Source: Aplysia californica
Taxonomy: Eukaryota
Length of the DNA: 64,000 nt
Direction of reading: 5' to 3'
Assembly (NCBI RefSeq): GCF_000002075.1
Contig: NW_004797280.1
Coordinates: 2,022,592-2,086,591, forward strand
Shown here: positions 32,645 through 47,600 of the stretch, in pieces
Position numbering within the stretch: the stretch's first letter is position 1
How the letters are laid out: each line of letters starts with the position of its first letter
Program-made: the position numbers and the translations under genes
Notes under the pieces: generated by a model
Told to the model about the DNA's origin: nothing
The model's database searches: none
What the model saw: the letters and a program-made list of their open reading frames with translations, nothing else

Positions 32645-35600
32645 CTGAAATAAAAAGCAAAATGAAATAATCATAAATCAAAATTTAGATTTGTAGTAAA
32701 TATGGAATGAGACATGCTTAGAGAAAGAATATCATGTGATTAAGTACTGAAACTCCAATTATAAAAAAATGAACAAGTATGTCTGTGCGACCAAAAAAAC
32801 CCTGAGATTTGCCACTAATTATTATCCGTTATCCAATAGTGTTTTTTCCTGCGTCCACTCAATACCTGTGCTGACATCTTTTCACTACCAAAAGCATATC
32901 TTTAAATGAAAAACAAAAATCTACATCGTTCAAAACTTAATCCCTCCTCATGCATATTTTTTGCAACTATAAACGCAAGTTACTTTCTTCTCTGTAATTG
33001 TATTCTAATTTGCATATAAATAAAAACTTACATTTGTAACATGAATAATCCTAAATCAGGTTAGAAGAAAAAAGGGTGGATTTGTGAAAAACAGTTATCT
33101 TTCTTGTGCTGTAGTGCATCAACTTGAAAGACATTTTGTCATACAACTTGTTTATTTTTATCAGAAGCAACTGAAATCTTATTCAGAATGAAATATTTCA
33201 GCCCATTCACAATTCACAGAAAAATAGTATGCGAACTATTCTTACTTTACAAAAATAAGCTTTTCATTGAAGTTAGGCTATAATATTTTTTTATCCAGAA
33301 TACATTTTTGAGATGTTCAAAGACAAATGGGCCTTCTTCTTCTTAACTCAGAAAAAGGCAAAAAACGTTCTCAATGACCATAAATTCCTTGAAATTGAAT
33401 TAACTTCATTCTACAATTTCCAATTGTGTTGTGACATGCACCTTGTTGGTGAAATCTGTGTCCTCGATCTGCTCCAGGTTGGTGAGAACATTGTAGTAGG
33501 CGCCCCAAACACCTGTCTCAAGGATGTGAGCTCCCGTCTGGAAAACATTACATAGTATTGAAACAACCAGTACTGTACATTGTTACCACATAGGCAATCA
33601 CTACTTCAGAATGACAAAGTTCTATCTGACATCTCTGGTTGCTTTGAGTTACGAAGACTATGAGGTCAGAAACCAAAGTTATAACTGCTCTGTCAAAATC
33701 GTAAGATTATTCAGAATTAATTGTTATCAAGAAATTCCAAGAATTGCATTTTAAAAAGCTTGACATGTTGTGAAACTCAAAAGTTTTGAAGTCAAATTTC
33801 TCAAAAACTAGGCTTGGCCAACTGAGAAGATAGAACTTTGTAATTCTGAGATAGCGAAGTGTCAATATGCACTAGTCCAGTTTTGATTTTAAGAGCTAAG
33901 ATTGAAGACAAGTAAACAAAAATAACAGGTTTTTTACTTTTATTTATTATTAAGCAGTCTGAAATACAGTCAAACCACGTTATACTGCCAACTTCATGCT
34001 CCTCCTAAAGTACGCATTAAATCAGAGTTTGACTGTACTTATAGATAAGTATACATGGCAATTGCTCTAAGTCATACCTGGAGGTCAGATTTGCAGTTGA
34101 TATTGCCAATTTTAGCCATCTCCTTCAAGTGTGGCCACATTTCATTAGCAATCTGAGCCACACACATTGGCACTTGAACAGCAGTCAGCATGCCTTGCCT
34201 CATGGCCTCCTCCCTCCTGATGAGGCCAAACAAAACAAGATTGTAACAGACATTTGCACAAAGTTGACCAGAAGAACATTTCAAAGTTAGTCCTAAACAA
34301 TATATGATGTTTGCCTGTCAAACCAGTAGTCCTGAATTTGATTCCTGCCCGTACCATATTTTCTACACCCCATGATCCTAAAGTAGGTAGATCAAGAATC
34401 TAGTCTTGTAAAATAGGGGTGAAAATTTTTTAAAGTCCCATGTGAAAGTTTCATTTCTTATTGATCATTCAGCAGATTGAAAAATAAAAAAGAGAAGACC
34501 CTTTGGGTTGGCATCCATGTAAAATCCCAAATTAATCATTATAAAAAAAACCTGAAGCCATTCTTGTCAGTATCAATATTAAGAGTACTTTTGAAAACAG
34601 CATGCCAGTCAAGAAACGATGTTATGTTCTATGTAGATAAAATGGCTATGTAGCCTACTTACTTAAAATCAACTGTACTGTAAGATGAAGTTCTAAGCTC
34701 TGCCATGGTTACGAAAACAAGAGCACTAAATGTGTTTTGTGCCAAATGGTGGTGTTGGCAAGGAGTAAAAAGTTTTGTTTCTTCTTTAAAACAAATGTTT
34801 CTTTATCAAGAGAAAAAAAAACACCTCTACAAAACAAACACGGAGAATCATCCAAGTTCCAAAACAGTGGCAAGGGGGTTCAAGATTCAGTGAGAGCTGA
34901 TGATGCTACAATTAGCAGATGTTGGAGCAAGAAAATTTCTGTCTTAACTGAAGTCAACACGACCGTAACACTTCAGGACATAGTACATAGTGAGACTAAA
35001 ACAGCCACTGCTTATAAGCTTAATTCAGCATGCACAGCAAAACACACACAAAAAAAAAAGAGAATAGTATTTAACCCACTCACTCTTTTTTCTCTTCTTC
35101 AGTCTTTTTCGGCAACTTTGTTGCAAGCTGTAATACAAAAAGAAGGTGTTCTTGATAAAATAATGGTTGCTAAAGACTAACTGGAAGATAGCATTTTTAG
35201 CAAGGAGCAGGTGAATATGATGTCAAGGATATGTTTGTTTTTAGACCGTTAGAAATTCACCTTGAGTACAAAACAAAATGATGAGTGAAGTGAAAATAGA
35301 AGTAAGCTTACTTTTATACAACAGTCACTACAAATCAGTGGCAAAAAGTACAATGATTACCAGAAACAGGTAGAGCACTGAGGAATCAAATATGGCTACA
35401 GTATGTTTCTATAATCATTTTAACAATGATGCTTCCCTTCTTGCAGCTAAATTGGCAACCAATGGTAGTTTCAAAATATGAGATATAAAAAAAAGTTAAA
35501 AGCTTTAAGTCATTCAAAATTCAGGAGATGCTCCTTTTATTTATGATGTAATTCATAGCAGCCAACTTTTCATAACCACAACAGACCCTACCCATGCAGC

Positions 35601-38600
35601 GGGTCAAGATGGTGGGCACTGGACCAAAAAAAAACCCTTCAAACCCTTTGCATTTTTCTGCAGTCAATACATTCAAACTATTCAAAGCAAACCCGTAACA
35701 ATAATGTCAGAAATGTTTAGTAAAGATCTCTTCAATTTTCGCATGGGCTTTGTTCTCATTATTAATTGCAAATCCGATCTTGAAAGTTTGTCATTTTTTT
35801 CAGTATCAGCAATCCATGATGAACAAAACCAGAAAAATAGAGAATACATATATTTTCTCACACAAAAATGGACTCCCGGACTCAGATTATTAAAAAAAAT
35901 GTATCAAATGAGTTGTGTTGTTTATATAGGCAACTCATTGGCAGCTATGGATTTGTATGAAGCAAGCAATTTGCTCACCTAGGAAAATGACGAGTTCTGA
36001 ATTGTTGTTTCTGTGTCAGTATCTAGTATCAGTAGTTTTAATACACATGAAAGTTCACAAAAAAAGAAACCTACCACAACTAATACATTCCTTCAAAAGA
36101 ACAAAACCAATCATGAGCACAATGGCATACATGTCCATATGGATGACCCAACGCAAAGTCATCTAAAGAAAGATAATATGGAAGTTGTCAACTGTGACAA
36201 TAGGCTACTTGTATGAGCCAGCAAAATCTTCAGAGCAATTTTACGATGCTTTACTTGAAAGGTGAACAAAGAGGTGGATGATATGAATGCGGCTACATAC
36301 CATAAATTCACTGAAAGCAGCAGCATCCGCATCAATGAATGGAATCAAGTCTTTCATGCCTTTGTACAGAGGTGGAATCAGGCGTCTCATTTCACCATCT
36401 ATATTGGAAAACTTGCGGTTACCATAACTCAGGAACCCAACCATGGAACCCAAAGCAGCACCCTAAGAACAAAAAAACAAACAAAAAGAACAAAGACACT
36501 TAAGAACAATAAAGATAAGTAATGAATGGTAAGCATAAAAAAGATTTGCCTTTGAAAGCAGTTTTTCTGTCCACCGTAGCTCTCTCTGTGGTGTGTTTAA
36601 TTTCACATCAGGTTATCGATTTTTGCAAGTATAATCTCCTGTCCCACCACCCCCCCTCCCCTTTTCCCCAAATCATCAACTCAACCCACTGTGAATGATA
36701 TCTTCAAACAGCCCTCATTATTTTCCAACAAAATCAGATTAAGACCCTTTCACATCATAGTAAGCATGTGAAATTGAAGCAATATTTTTTTTCATTTTTA
36801 AAATCAGGGAAGCAGAGATGGAAGCATGAGATAGCAATGTGATACTCATTGCAATTAAATCAACATCTAATCTATAAACAAAAATCAATTCATGAAGAGA
36901 TATAATGAATGACTGTTATTGAAGATCGAAAAATTAGACAATAACATATTATATACAGGTAGGCCGATGCAAACATATGTGACTTCAGACACCAAAATAT
37001 GAGGCTGGCCCTTCATTGTTCCTACCAAAGATGAACATAGAGCAGCCACAGAGCCCCCTCCAGGTGATGGTGACCGAGACCCAACAGTCATGATAAAGTC
37101 CTTGAGATCCATGCCAACCAGAGCTCCTTCTCTCTCTGGCTGAATCATATACCTATTCAAAGAAAAGAAAACAAGAGCCTTATTCACTCTCTTCAGACAT
37201 TTTCCTACACAGTCCTGTACAAAGTTATACAAACTACAATCTCAATAATCTTACTCAAAAAACAACACATCAAGAAATTCATCCAGATAGACCAATCATT
37301 ACAGATATGTGTCAACACCCACATGTACAGGTAAGCTTTACAAAGAAACAGAAGTAAAGTTCAAAGTGGAGAAAAAAACCAAAGAGAAACAAAATTATAA
37401 TAAGTCAGCTAGAAAGGGCAACACATTAAGTTTAGTTTTAGTTTTAGTAGAGTTTTTACTGCGCTCACAACTGCATAAGATCATATGAGTGCCAAGGGGT
37501 GGATGTCAACAAAAAAGTCCATACAGGGAATCAGGCTTACTGTGCTTACCTCTCTAGCTTCAAAAGCACAACGTCTGCTTCGACTATCAAGGCACCCCAG
37601 AAATAGTGGGTCACAAGAGTGTGACAAACATACAAAAGAAGTAGAGGAAAAATGATGATAGTAAGGATTGGGAAAGAAAAAGCAGCAGTTCCCCGTTGCA
37701 GTTCAAAGTTATGAGCATGACATTGATGGATCAGCCCATTTACAATTCTACTGTGCATAAGAACATGTTACTGTCCCCCCTTTGGGAATGGCCTAAAGAC
37801 ACTTCAGTCAGTAGTATCGCCTCAGGGAGTTGGGCTACACTTTACCTCAAGAAAAAGGAGGTAAAAAATTTAATATAGCATGTGGTGAAGAAGTACTGCT
37901 TTGTTCCTCTTCGATTTTTTCTCCTCTTTGAACTTTATTTCTATTTAATTGTATCCTTACTATCATAGCTTACTGGTACCTGTTTCTCTGAGCGCAGTAA
38001 GTGTTGACACACATAGCACAAAAACAAACTTCCCTGGTTCTTGTGGTATCTGCGTGCACATTAGAAAATTTACAATCCGCATTACTATTTCATTCCAGAA
38101 CAACCCTATCATGAGTAATCTCTTTTTCAACTTTATTCTCTCTGTCACATATCAGAAACACATGTTATTATTGTTAACACATTACACCCTAAGGGCCTGG
38201 ACGGGAAGTCCATTGTTAGATCCTAAGCAAGGGAAAGGAACCCCCAACCCGTGAATACAAGCGTTTAAAAAACAATTTTAGAAATACTAAACAAATTCCA
38301 AATATCCTAAAAAAATGAAAGCTCAAAAGTAAAATGAATGTAGTTTCAAAAAAAATAAAACTTTAAGTATGCACAGAATCTTTGAAAAGTTTTAAACTTT
38401 AGTTCAATCGGGGAGTCCGACCTGTCACTCTCACTCTCAGCCTCGTGATCGGGTCCTAGATCTAAATTCTAGATTTTCTACATCTGGTCAATCTGAATCG
38501 CTCCTAACTATTGCTAGGTTTTCATCAAAATCTGAGTCATCTGATTAGTCATATGCTGGATTTTGCTCAAATACATCGTTATTTCCTTTTTCGAACTCAA

Positions 38601-41600
38601 TTGTGTCACTTTTCAACAAGTCGAGACACCTTCGAAGTGTCGGTAACGCGATTGCACTTCAATCGATTCTAATACTAAAACTACTGGCCTGAAAATTTTT
38701 GTTTCGGTATAAAACGAAAGAAAAAACTTTTTGCGATAACTATGCAAATCAAAATCTAGGCCACAGAGTCTCATCAAGGCAAGACTTCGTTTCTAAAGAC
38801 GCTAGGTCAGCGCGGGTGGTTCCAGGTGAGTTAAGGTGAAGCACGTAAGGAAATTCCTGGGCGATTCCGGGCGAGTAGGGTGTAATGTGTTAAAAAGTTC
38901 AATTTGCTAAAACTTACTCAACGATCCTTTCCTTGGGACTGAATGCTCCGAGTGAATTCAGGCCTAATCTATTAATGACCTGAAACAGAAAGGAAATCTT
39001 TCAAAATTCCATACCACTACGACATGAATCTGAATCTGTAATTCACCTGAAGGAAAAAAGAAATCTTTCCAGTACACAATACATGCATTTCAGAAATGTG
39101 AATTTTAAAAAACCTGTTAACCCTATCCGTACGCCCCGGGGTAATTTTGTAACCCTGGGGTTGTATTGTTCACATTTAAGAATACTTCTAGTACGAAGAT
39201 CTCTTTGAAACTTCCAGTATTTCTTAAAAAATCATGACAGACTGCTATGCAAAACGTACGGATTGGATTAACGAGTAAATTTCGTCTTTTGAAAGTGATG
39301 GCACAGAGTTCCCCACATTGTATGGACATGATAGTAAAATGCAACGTACGGATAGGGTTAAGTCTAAAACTTGTTTTTTTTCTTAAAACTATTTTCTCCG
39401 AGACAAAAATACAAGAAATGAATCTACACACACATAACATAGCACGCAATAACAAATTCATTAGCAGCAGTACAGAGTATCACAGTCTTCAGTTTTAGAG
39501 GGCTTCTGTGGGCCATCCTCTGAAATCCAGACGATTTCTTGTCTAGATAGAATGAAGAAGAGCAATATTAAAGAAGGAAAATAATGTATTCACCTCAAGT
39601 TTTTGCCAAGCTCTAAAGACCTTATGAGGAAAACAAAGATTATTCCCAGCAAATAAAATGCTTACCAGTCTGAGTTTCTGGTCTTCCTCCAAAATGAAGA
39701 GGTTTTCAGCCTTCATGTAGTACTCTGCAGTGTCCATCATAGCTTGCAAAGGCACCAGTCCCACTATTTGGGATCCCACAACAGCCAAGTCTAGATCCTA
39801 GTGACAGACAAAACATGAACAATAATGTTAAAAATTTCTCCTTATGGTGAAAAAATATTTACTTAGAGGGAAAAAAGAATCTACTTTTATAAATATACAG
39901 TTCAGGTAAACTGAAACGTCTTCTTCCATTTGTGAGAGTGTGCTTGCATGTATATGTACATCCATGTTTCACATCCTATGTTTTTCTGTGCTTTATCTTG
40001 TTAGTTTAGTTCACAATTCCCTAAACCAGTCGCATCACATATTATACTGACCCACAATGTTCTAAAATCTCTGCCCCCCAAAGTCAAAGTTCTCATCAGC
40101 ATATTCAGCATGACACCCCCCTCCCGAAATGGAAATGTGAAGAAAGCTGGGATTCAGCAAACACTTAAGAGCAGAAAAGCAAGGGTTTTTTCCAACCAGT
40201 GTCTGGCTACAGAAAATTGCTCTAGAAAAACTCAACATGCTTTTCTCCTGTTGTTGACATCAGCACAAGTATCATGACTCATTTTTCTTTGCCTTGTTCT
40301 GACTCAGTTTGAGCCTCGCGTAACATAAACTACATGAGCTGCGGACAACAGAACCAAACTGACAACAAGTTCATGGGTGGACACGTGTATGTTTTCGGGT
40401 TGTTTTTTTCAGTAAACACTGGAGGCATAAAAAAACTGATGACCTATTATATTTACCTGTAACTGACCTTCTTCATACTTTAAATCCCAAGAATGAACTA
40501 GGTATACAGTGGAATTTTCATTTCTAAAAAAAGGAAGAACAGATTGATTCAAAAATACATTTGTGCCTACCTCAATATGACAGTCAAATGAACACTCTGC
40601 CATGCCAAGAAAGACATTTAAAGATATAGTTATCTAGTTTAAATAAGGTGCTGTGGTGCAACATTCTAATGATGTTTTTGAGGCAAGGAATTAGTGATTG
40701 GGTCAGGAAAAGAATGAATAAAAAAAGGTGAATGTGGGTGTGCATGCTAAGAAACTGTTGAAATAAATGAAGTACAGTTGAACCTGCTTTAATGGAAACC
40801 TATATAAAACGGAAACCTTTCTAAACGGAACCTCCCCACTCTCCCCTTGATATATTCCTCTTTAATTACCTGTATAAATCGGAAACCTGTCCAACGTGGA
40901 AATGGAAAGAAAAATCCGCTCCCTTCCGAGGGTTTCAGCTGTCTAAGACAGAAAAATGCTTTGCCCATTTAGCTCTGATTTGAAACAAAACTCGCAAGTT
41001 TGGTTCCACCGGCTCTAAACCCAACGCCATGGCCATGTCGCTGGGCGAGGAAGGGGAGTAGGAGTGCAATTTGGGCGTAGATGTTACCCCATCATGTGAG
41101 CCCTGAGCAATGCAGATGGTCAGGGTAGTGTGGGTGTAAAATCTCATGACTGCCCATGAGAGTACTCGAGTGGCGAGCCACTACAGAAACTTTCCTAGGT
41201 AGCCAGAAGCCAGAGGTATGAAATTAGGTTGACCAATACCTGCCGCCCCGATCCTACGGTCGGCTGAGAAAAAAGTTCCTCGAATTGTTATTACATGGCA
41301 GTGAGGAGTGGCATTGACTGACTGTGCTTAATACACCGATGGGTGGGCTAAGGGTGGAAGCAAAGGAGATGTCAAACATTTCAGTTTTTAATAGCTCAAA
41401 TAGTGGTCCTATGAAAGGAGAGCCCTGGTGGTAATTGGATAAGTAAGACTGCGCATGTCATTATCAGAGAGGATAGAAATTGAGAGGTGTGAAGTTTTTA
41501 CCACTGCTTGCTGATTGGACAAGCGATCCTTGATCCCACCGGCTGGGCCTTTGAATCCCCTCCCCCCCCCCCCCATCTTCCCCTAAATTCCCCTGTCTAA

Positions 41601-44600
41601 GACGAAATTTTTTTCTGGCTCCCTTGCGATTCCGTCTTAGACAGGTTCGACTGTATTCATTAAAATTGTTAAATATGTTGGGTTTTTTTTAACATGCATA
41701 CCTTAGCATCCTTGACGCACTCCTCATACACATGATGAATTCCGGTTACTTCATGGTCTGTAATGTTGACAGACACCTGAGCCATATTCGCCTCCTCCAG
41801 GTACCAGCCAATGGCCTGCACAGATTTTAGTCTCCCAGGCTGGAAACAAACATAAGTGCCATCACAAAAAAGATCTGAATATTGTATACTATTAAAATAT
41901 AAATAAGTATATAATTTTTATTGCATGACTCTCAAGCAATTACAATTTTTCTGGTCCAATTGTTAACGAAGTAAATCTGCTTTCTTTTCTCTCCACTTAC
42001 TAAAAATACAAAGTTTTTCATATGTAATGCTTTTGCATAGCAACACTGAACATTGGCCAATGATCAGACAATAATCTTCAAAAGCACAAATCAAACCTCA
42101 TAGAAGCACAACATGCACAAAAAATTAAAACAAAAGTGCAAGGCCAACGACTTCAAAATGCATCTTAGGATTTGGTGTCTACCTTCCATTATGTACATTC
42201 ACATTAACTCATTCGCTACGCCGAGCCGTGGTGGGCGGCGCGGCTAATGTGCTGTCAGTACGCTAAGCCACCCCCGGCGGCTCGAGAACCGATCTTCAAT
42301 TTTAGCTTAGATTCTATTCCAATCCGCATCCACTGAAAATCGGAAGTTTAGATTCAGTTTTGAAACGCGATTTAATATTTCCACTGAAAATCGGAAGTTT
42401 AGATTCAGTTTTGAAACGCGATTTCGTAGTTTATTCGACTTTGTTTTATCTATCATTATTTTGCCCACTAAAGAAGTGTAGGACTCTTTTTTACAATATT
42501 GATACGATTGGACTCATATTGCCAATGCACTTTTATTTAGAAGTCAATATTGAGTACGATCTGGTCTCATATTGTCAAAATATGTTTTTCTCCAAAATCA
42601 ATACTTATTGATGAAATTACCCAAAAGATGCCACTCAAGACATGTATAGATTTATTCCAAATGCAATTCTGAATAATTCCATATTAGATACGAGTGGGTT
42701 TTTATCTGTTTGTGATCCTTTTTCAAGATTATTTTTTAAAAAATTTATTTTCAATATCGGATGTTATGATCCAAATGTACAAATATTATGGAATGTATGT
42801 AAATAACTGCAAACTTTTCTATATTTTCCAGTTCTATATTCATTTATGGTTGTTTTGATATATCATTTGACTAGGTGCAAGCATATTTTTTGAGTTTCAC
42901 CAAAGATTATAAAGTTTTTATTTTCAAATTTTATCCACATCCAATCAAAATTGTGTTGCATAATCGCCTCTTACAGGAACCAAAGTTGAAAAATACATAA
43001 ATGAACATTACAGATGTATTCCACAATCCATACTGAAAATATTGGTATATAATATGTTGATATTTATTTGAATTTGTCGCCCCAAAGACCTTTTAACTGC
43101 CCACTAATCATCATCTCATTCGCCCTCCCGAAAAAAATTCGTCCACAAGCCGAAAATAATACGTAGCGAATGAGTCAATGGGAGGCACACAAGGACTATT
43201 TTAGTTTTAGTAAGGTTTTATGGCTTTTGCAACTGCATAAGGTAATATGAGCGCCAAGGGGTGGATGTCAGCAGAGAAGTCCAAACGGGGAATCAAGCTT
43301 ACTCTATTCACCTCTCTAGCCTCAACAGCACAAAGTCTGCTTTGACTATCAAGGCACCCCGGAAATAGCAGTTTACAAGAGAGTGACAAACATACACCAG
43401 ATGTAGAGGAAAAAATGATGATAGTAAGGATGAGGAAAGAAAAAGCAGTAGTTCCCCCAAAAGTTGTTCCGGCACAGTATGACCATGACATTGATAAATC
43501 AACCCATTTAGAATTCTACTGTGAATAAGAATTAATGTCCCCCTTAGGGAAAGGCCTAAAGACAACTTCAGTCAATAGCACTGCCCTGCCCTGGTGGGGG
43601 GAGGGGGGGGAGCATACAAGAAATAATGTAAAACCAGATAGCTTTAGGCTCGGATTAAAAGAGCTCCCCTTTCACAGATTTCTAATTCAGCTTTCAAGGA
43701 GTAAAAACAATCAAATAAAAAAAATAAAAAATTTCTTGATGATGGATGCAAGATGTGAAAAAGTGATGTCCTGTTCTCATAAATATAACAAAAGATAACA
43801 TTTGTATAGCGCAAATTCCTGCTCAACAGCAAACTCTCTGCGCTTCACAATCTCAACTATTACCCTAGCAGACCTGATAGCATTCTGAAACAATCTCAAC
43901 TTCCTGGGAAGCATACAGTGCAAGCTGCCATTTAAAGGTGCTAAAACACTATCATACTGACAAGATCTTTCGCTCTCTATGGCTGGGTACCCATTCCCAC
44001 CTGAGTGAAATGAGGAAAGTTTGTGTAAAGTGCCTTTCCCAAGGGTACAACGTCAGGCCAACAGCTCCAACCCCCAAACCCGCAATCTCACAATTACGAG
44101 TCTGGTAGCCTAACCACTAGACTGTTGAATAATTGTAACAGCTGTATTTCAAAGTATGGACTAGTGGCCTTCAATTCTTTATTGAAATACCACACTATGT
44201 CCTTTCACTGAGTTGAGACTTTGTACCTTGCACAGAGATATTTTACGGACTTAAAAATGTCATCTTTCAATCAAAACAAAAAACTAACAAACATTGACAA
44301 GAGCAAAACAAACTATTGATACAAAATATTCTTGAAGTAGGCTATCAGGACTGTCCAGTGTCAAAATGGGGATTACCAATCTTTACCTCCTCATCTCCTC
44401 TTCCATTTTCACGAATGTTGAGTGCAAGTCTATGTGCCTGTTCCTTTGTAGCCAAAAGGTTCACATTGTATGCAATAAGGAACTTCCTTGCCCCAACTGC
44501 TGTAGCACCCCAAGAAGGAATAAAGTCTGTAAGACCATAGTCTGGTCGCCACAATGGATCTTTTAACTGTAAATAAAATAAATGGAGGAAAGCATGTGAG

Positions 44601-47600
44601 AACATCAAATTCAAAAAGTGCACATTGAAAGCCAAACAGGAGAATGGGTGGGTGTGCAACCCACTGACCATTGTTTACTTATCATAAGATGAACAGAACA
44701 GGTATTTATTCATTTGCTGGGATAGTATATATCACCCTTACTTTCTCACAGATGACATACTAGCGGCTGTAATGGTTAGGCACTTTGCTGTCCCATGCAG
44801 GAGACCCGAGTTCAATTACCGATTCTGCTGACATGTTGTATCCCTCTCAGACTAGGGTGACCCTGACAGGCAGAGTTTGAGACTCGCCTCCTAAATGAAC
44901 TAAATTGTGTCAATCGAGGCGTAAAAACACCTACATTACAAAAAAACAATAAAAAAAAAATTATGACATCCACTTTGAAATTTAAAAAGAAAATCAAGAT
45001 CACCAACAACACTTCCTTGACATGGAGGAAGATGTAAGTTCAAGACTTTTCTGTGAACTAACAAGCAACAATGAGCATGGAATGCAAAGGAATGTAGGGG
45101 AGTTTCAAACTATCAATTTTTTAATGTAAATTTCGTTCAGTCTGCAAGTTTCTGCATACAAATTCATCTTCCAAATACCAAATAATAACTTTGTTGATGA
45201 TCAAGCCAACAGCATTTGCAGCTTAAGCAAGCAAGTAAAGCCAAGCATCACACCTTACAACACTGGGTTGACTTACTTTCTCAGGCAGAGCTTCATATTC
45301 CCCAGCTCTAACTTGAGGCAGTGTCTTCCTGTGAGCAGAGGTTGATGCGTCTGCATACAAATACACTGAGGAAGATAATCATGGATGTTTTAGAAAACTC
45401 CTCCTCAAAATACATTTCAATAAAATCTGATTTTTGAGTGGCTAGCAGAGTATAATAGATAAGGAATATGATACAATGAAAAAGATAGGAAGCAAGTATA
45501 GAAGCGATTATCTAAAGTATGGACTCATTATCTAAAGTATGGACTCATTAAGACATCACAAAGTATTTGATAAATGTATACGGAATGGGAGAAGTACAAT
45601 TTGTTTAGATCTCAGGTGAAATAAGCTAAGCCTGCCCTGCTAGCTACCCCAATCCATGACTCAGACCACTTTCAACCACCCACTGCAAGTAAGCATTAAA
45701 AAAGAGTTAACTTTTTTTTTACAATGACCTGCAAATTTGTATAACACATGAATCAAGTTGAAAATCTGATCAGTAACAATCATTCAGATACCATCTTGAA
45801 ACAGCAATTCTGTTTGCAGTAAAAACCACAAAAGGGCAAAAAGCAAAATCTGGTCTAGTGGCATAATCTAAAGTGGATTTTATTTGCAGCTTTTAAGTCC
45901 AATTGGCAGACCATAAAAAGAACCATAAAGAGGGAACAAAATATGGAGGGATGGGGGGAGGGGGGCACCCGTGTGGTTCTCGGGGCCCTGTCCAAGAGAC
46001 AGGGGAGCAAAGAATAGGACCACTGTATCCGTACCGCGCATGTCGTAGAAGGCGACTAAGGTCGGTTAGGCAAAGGCTTAGCAGCCCTTTCCCGTAAAAC
46101 AAAAAGCAGCTACAAAAACACCAACAGAAAAAACAACACGACCGCCAGTTCTGGAAGATGGAGGACTTTCATCACCGAGGAGAGGACAGAATATGGAGTG
46201 TAGAATGACGCAGGGTGGTGAAAGCCGAAAGGAAGCCGCCAAGCCGAGAAACCTTCTGTCGACCAGAAGAACCACCAGACTTGGTACCAAGAAATTCAGG
46301 AGATCAATAAGGGATGTTAGAGTTTACAGGGGTGCAGACGTAGCTTCGGACCATCATCTGCTCATTTCAACAATCTGACTAAAACTAAAGTGAAGACACG
46401 GAATTGTCAATAATCATAGGTACCGGTACAACGTGGAATTTCTGAGAGAGCCATCATCAGGAGAGGAGTTTAAAGTAGCGGTTAAGAACAGATTTCAAGT
46501 GTTGGAAACACTAGGCAAGGATAGCAGCGTGGAAGAAACATGGGAGGCAATAAAAGAAGGCTGGACCACTGTGTGTCAAGAGGTACTGGGGAAACAGAAA
46601 CGTGAGCACAAGCCTTGGACATCGGCCACCACTCTGAGGAAGATAGAAGACAGGAAAAAGAAAAAGGATCAGGTAAACAGGAGCAAGACAAGAGCAGCCA
46701 AAGCAAAGGCCCCAGAAGAATACACTAAAGCAATGAAGGAGGTAAAAGTCAGCGTAAGGAAAGACAAAAGAAACTATGTAGATGACCTAGCACGCGAGGC
46801 AGAGGAAGCAGCAGGGGCAGGAAACATGAGAGGACTGTATGAAACCACCAAAAAACTTGCAGGCAGGTACAAGAACGCAGATGTGCCAGTGAAGGATAAG
46901 GACGGAAAGCTTCTCACAAATCCAGACGAACAGAAAGAACGCTGGAAGGAGCATTCCAAAGAGCTACTGAACAGACCAAGGCCAGAAAAACAGTTGACAT
47001 TCCACCACCAGAGATTGATCTGGGGGTAAGTGAAGAAAAGCCTAGTTTAGAGGAGATCAAGGAGACGATAAAACACCAGAAAGCAGGCAAGGCAGTCGGC
47101 CCAGATGAAATTCCCCCTGAAGTTCTCAAGGCGGATATCGACACTGTGACAGGGATTCTTCATGGTATTATTGGCAAGATACGGGACAGCGAAGAAATTC
47201 CACAGAATTGGAGAGAGGGATTGCTCGTGAAACTACCCAAGAAAGGAGACCTGCATGAGTGTAAAAACTAGAGGAATCATGCTCCTGTCCATTCCTGGGA
47301 AGATTTTAAGTCGTACCATACTGGAAAGACTGAAGGAAGCCATGGATGCAAAACTAAGAGAGGAGCAGGCAGGATTTAGCAATGACCACGAAAAACCTTT
47401 TTTTGCCAGAAAGTGTTTGCAAATATGTGCATTTTGTAGCTGTATCTTCACAGAGCATGGAACTTTTTGAATTTTTGAAATCCATCAATAAACAAAAAAA
47501 GTAACAGATTTTTTAATCAATTAATTTCTGGTACACTTTTATATAATGAAAAAAACCCAAAATATGGGACGTTCTTTGGTGAGTTTTGAGACAATATTCG

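Noticed and set aside
34737-35180. 147-aa + strand ORF antisense to FTCD
   Set aside because: Low-complexity, K-rich, no recognisable domain; lies over an FTCD intron and exon 11.
46433-47029. 198-aa ORF as a host gene
   Set aside because: RTE retrotransposon ORF fragment with flanking stops and frameshifts.
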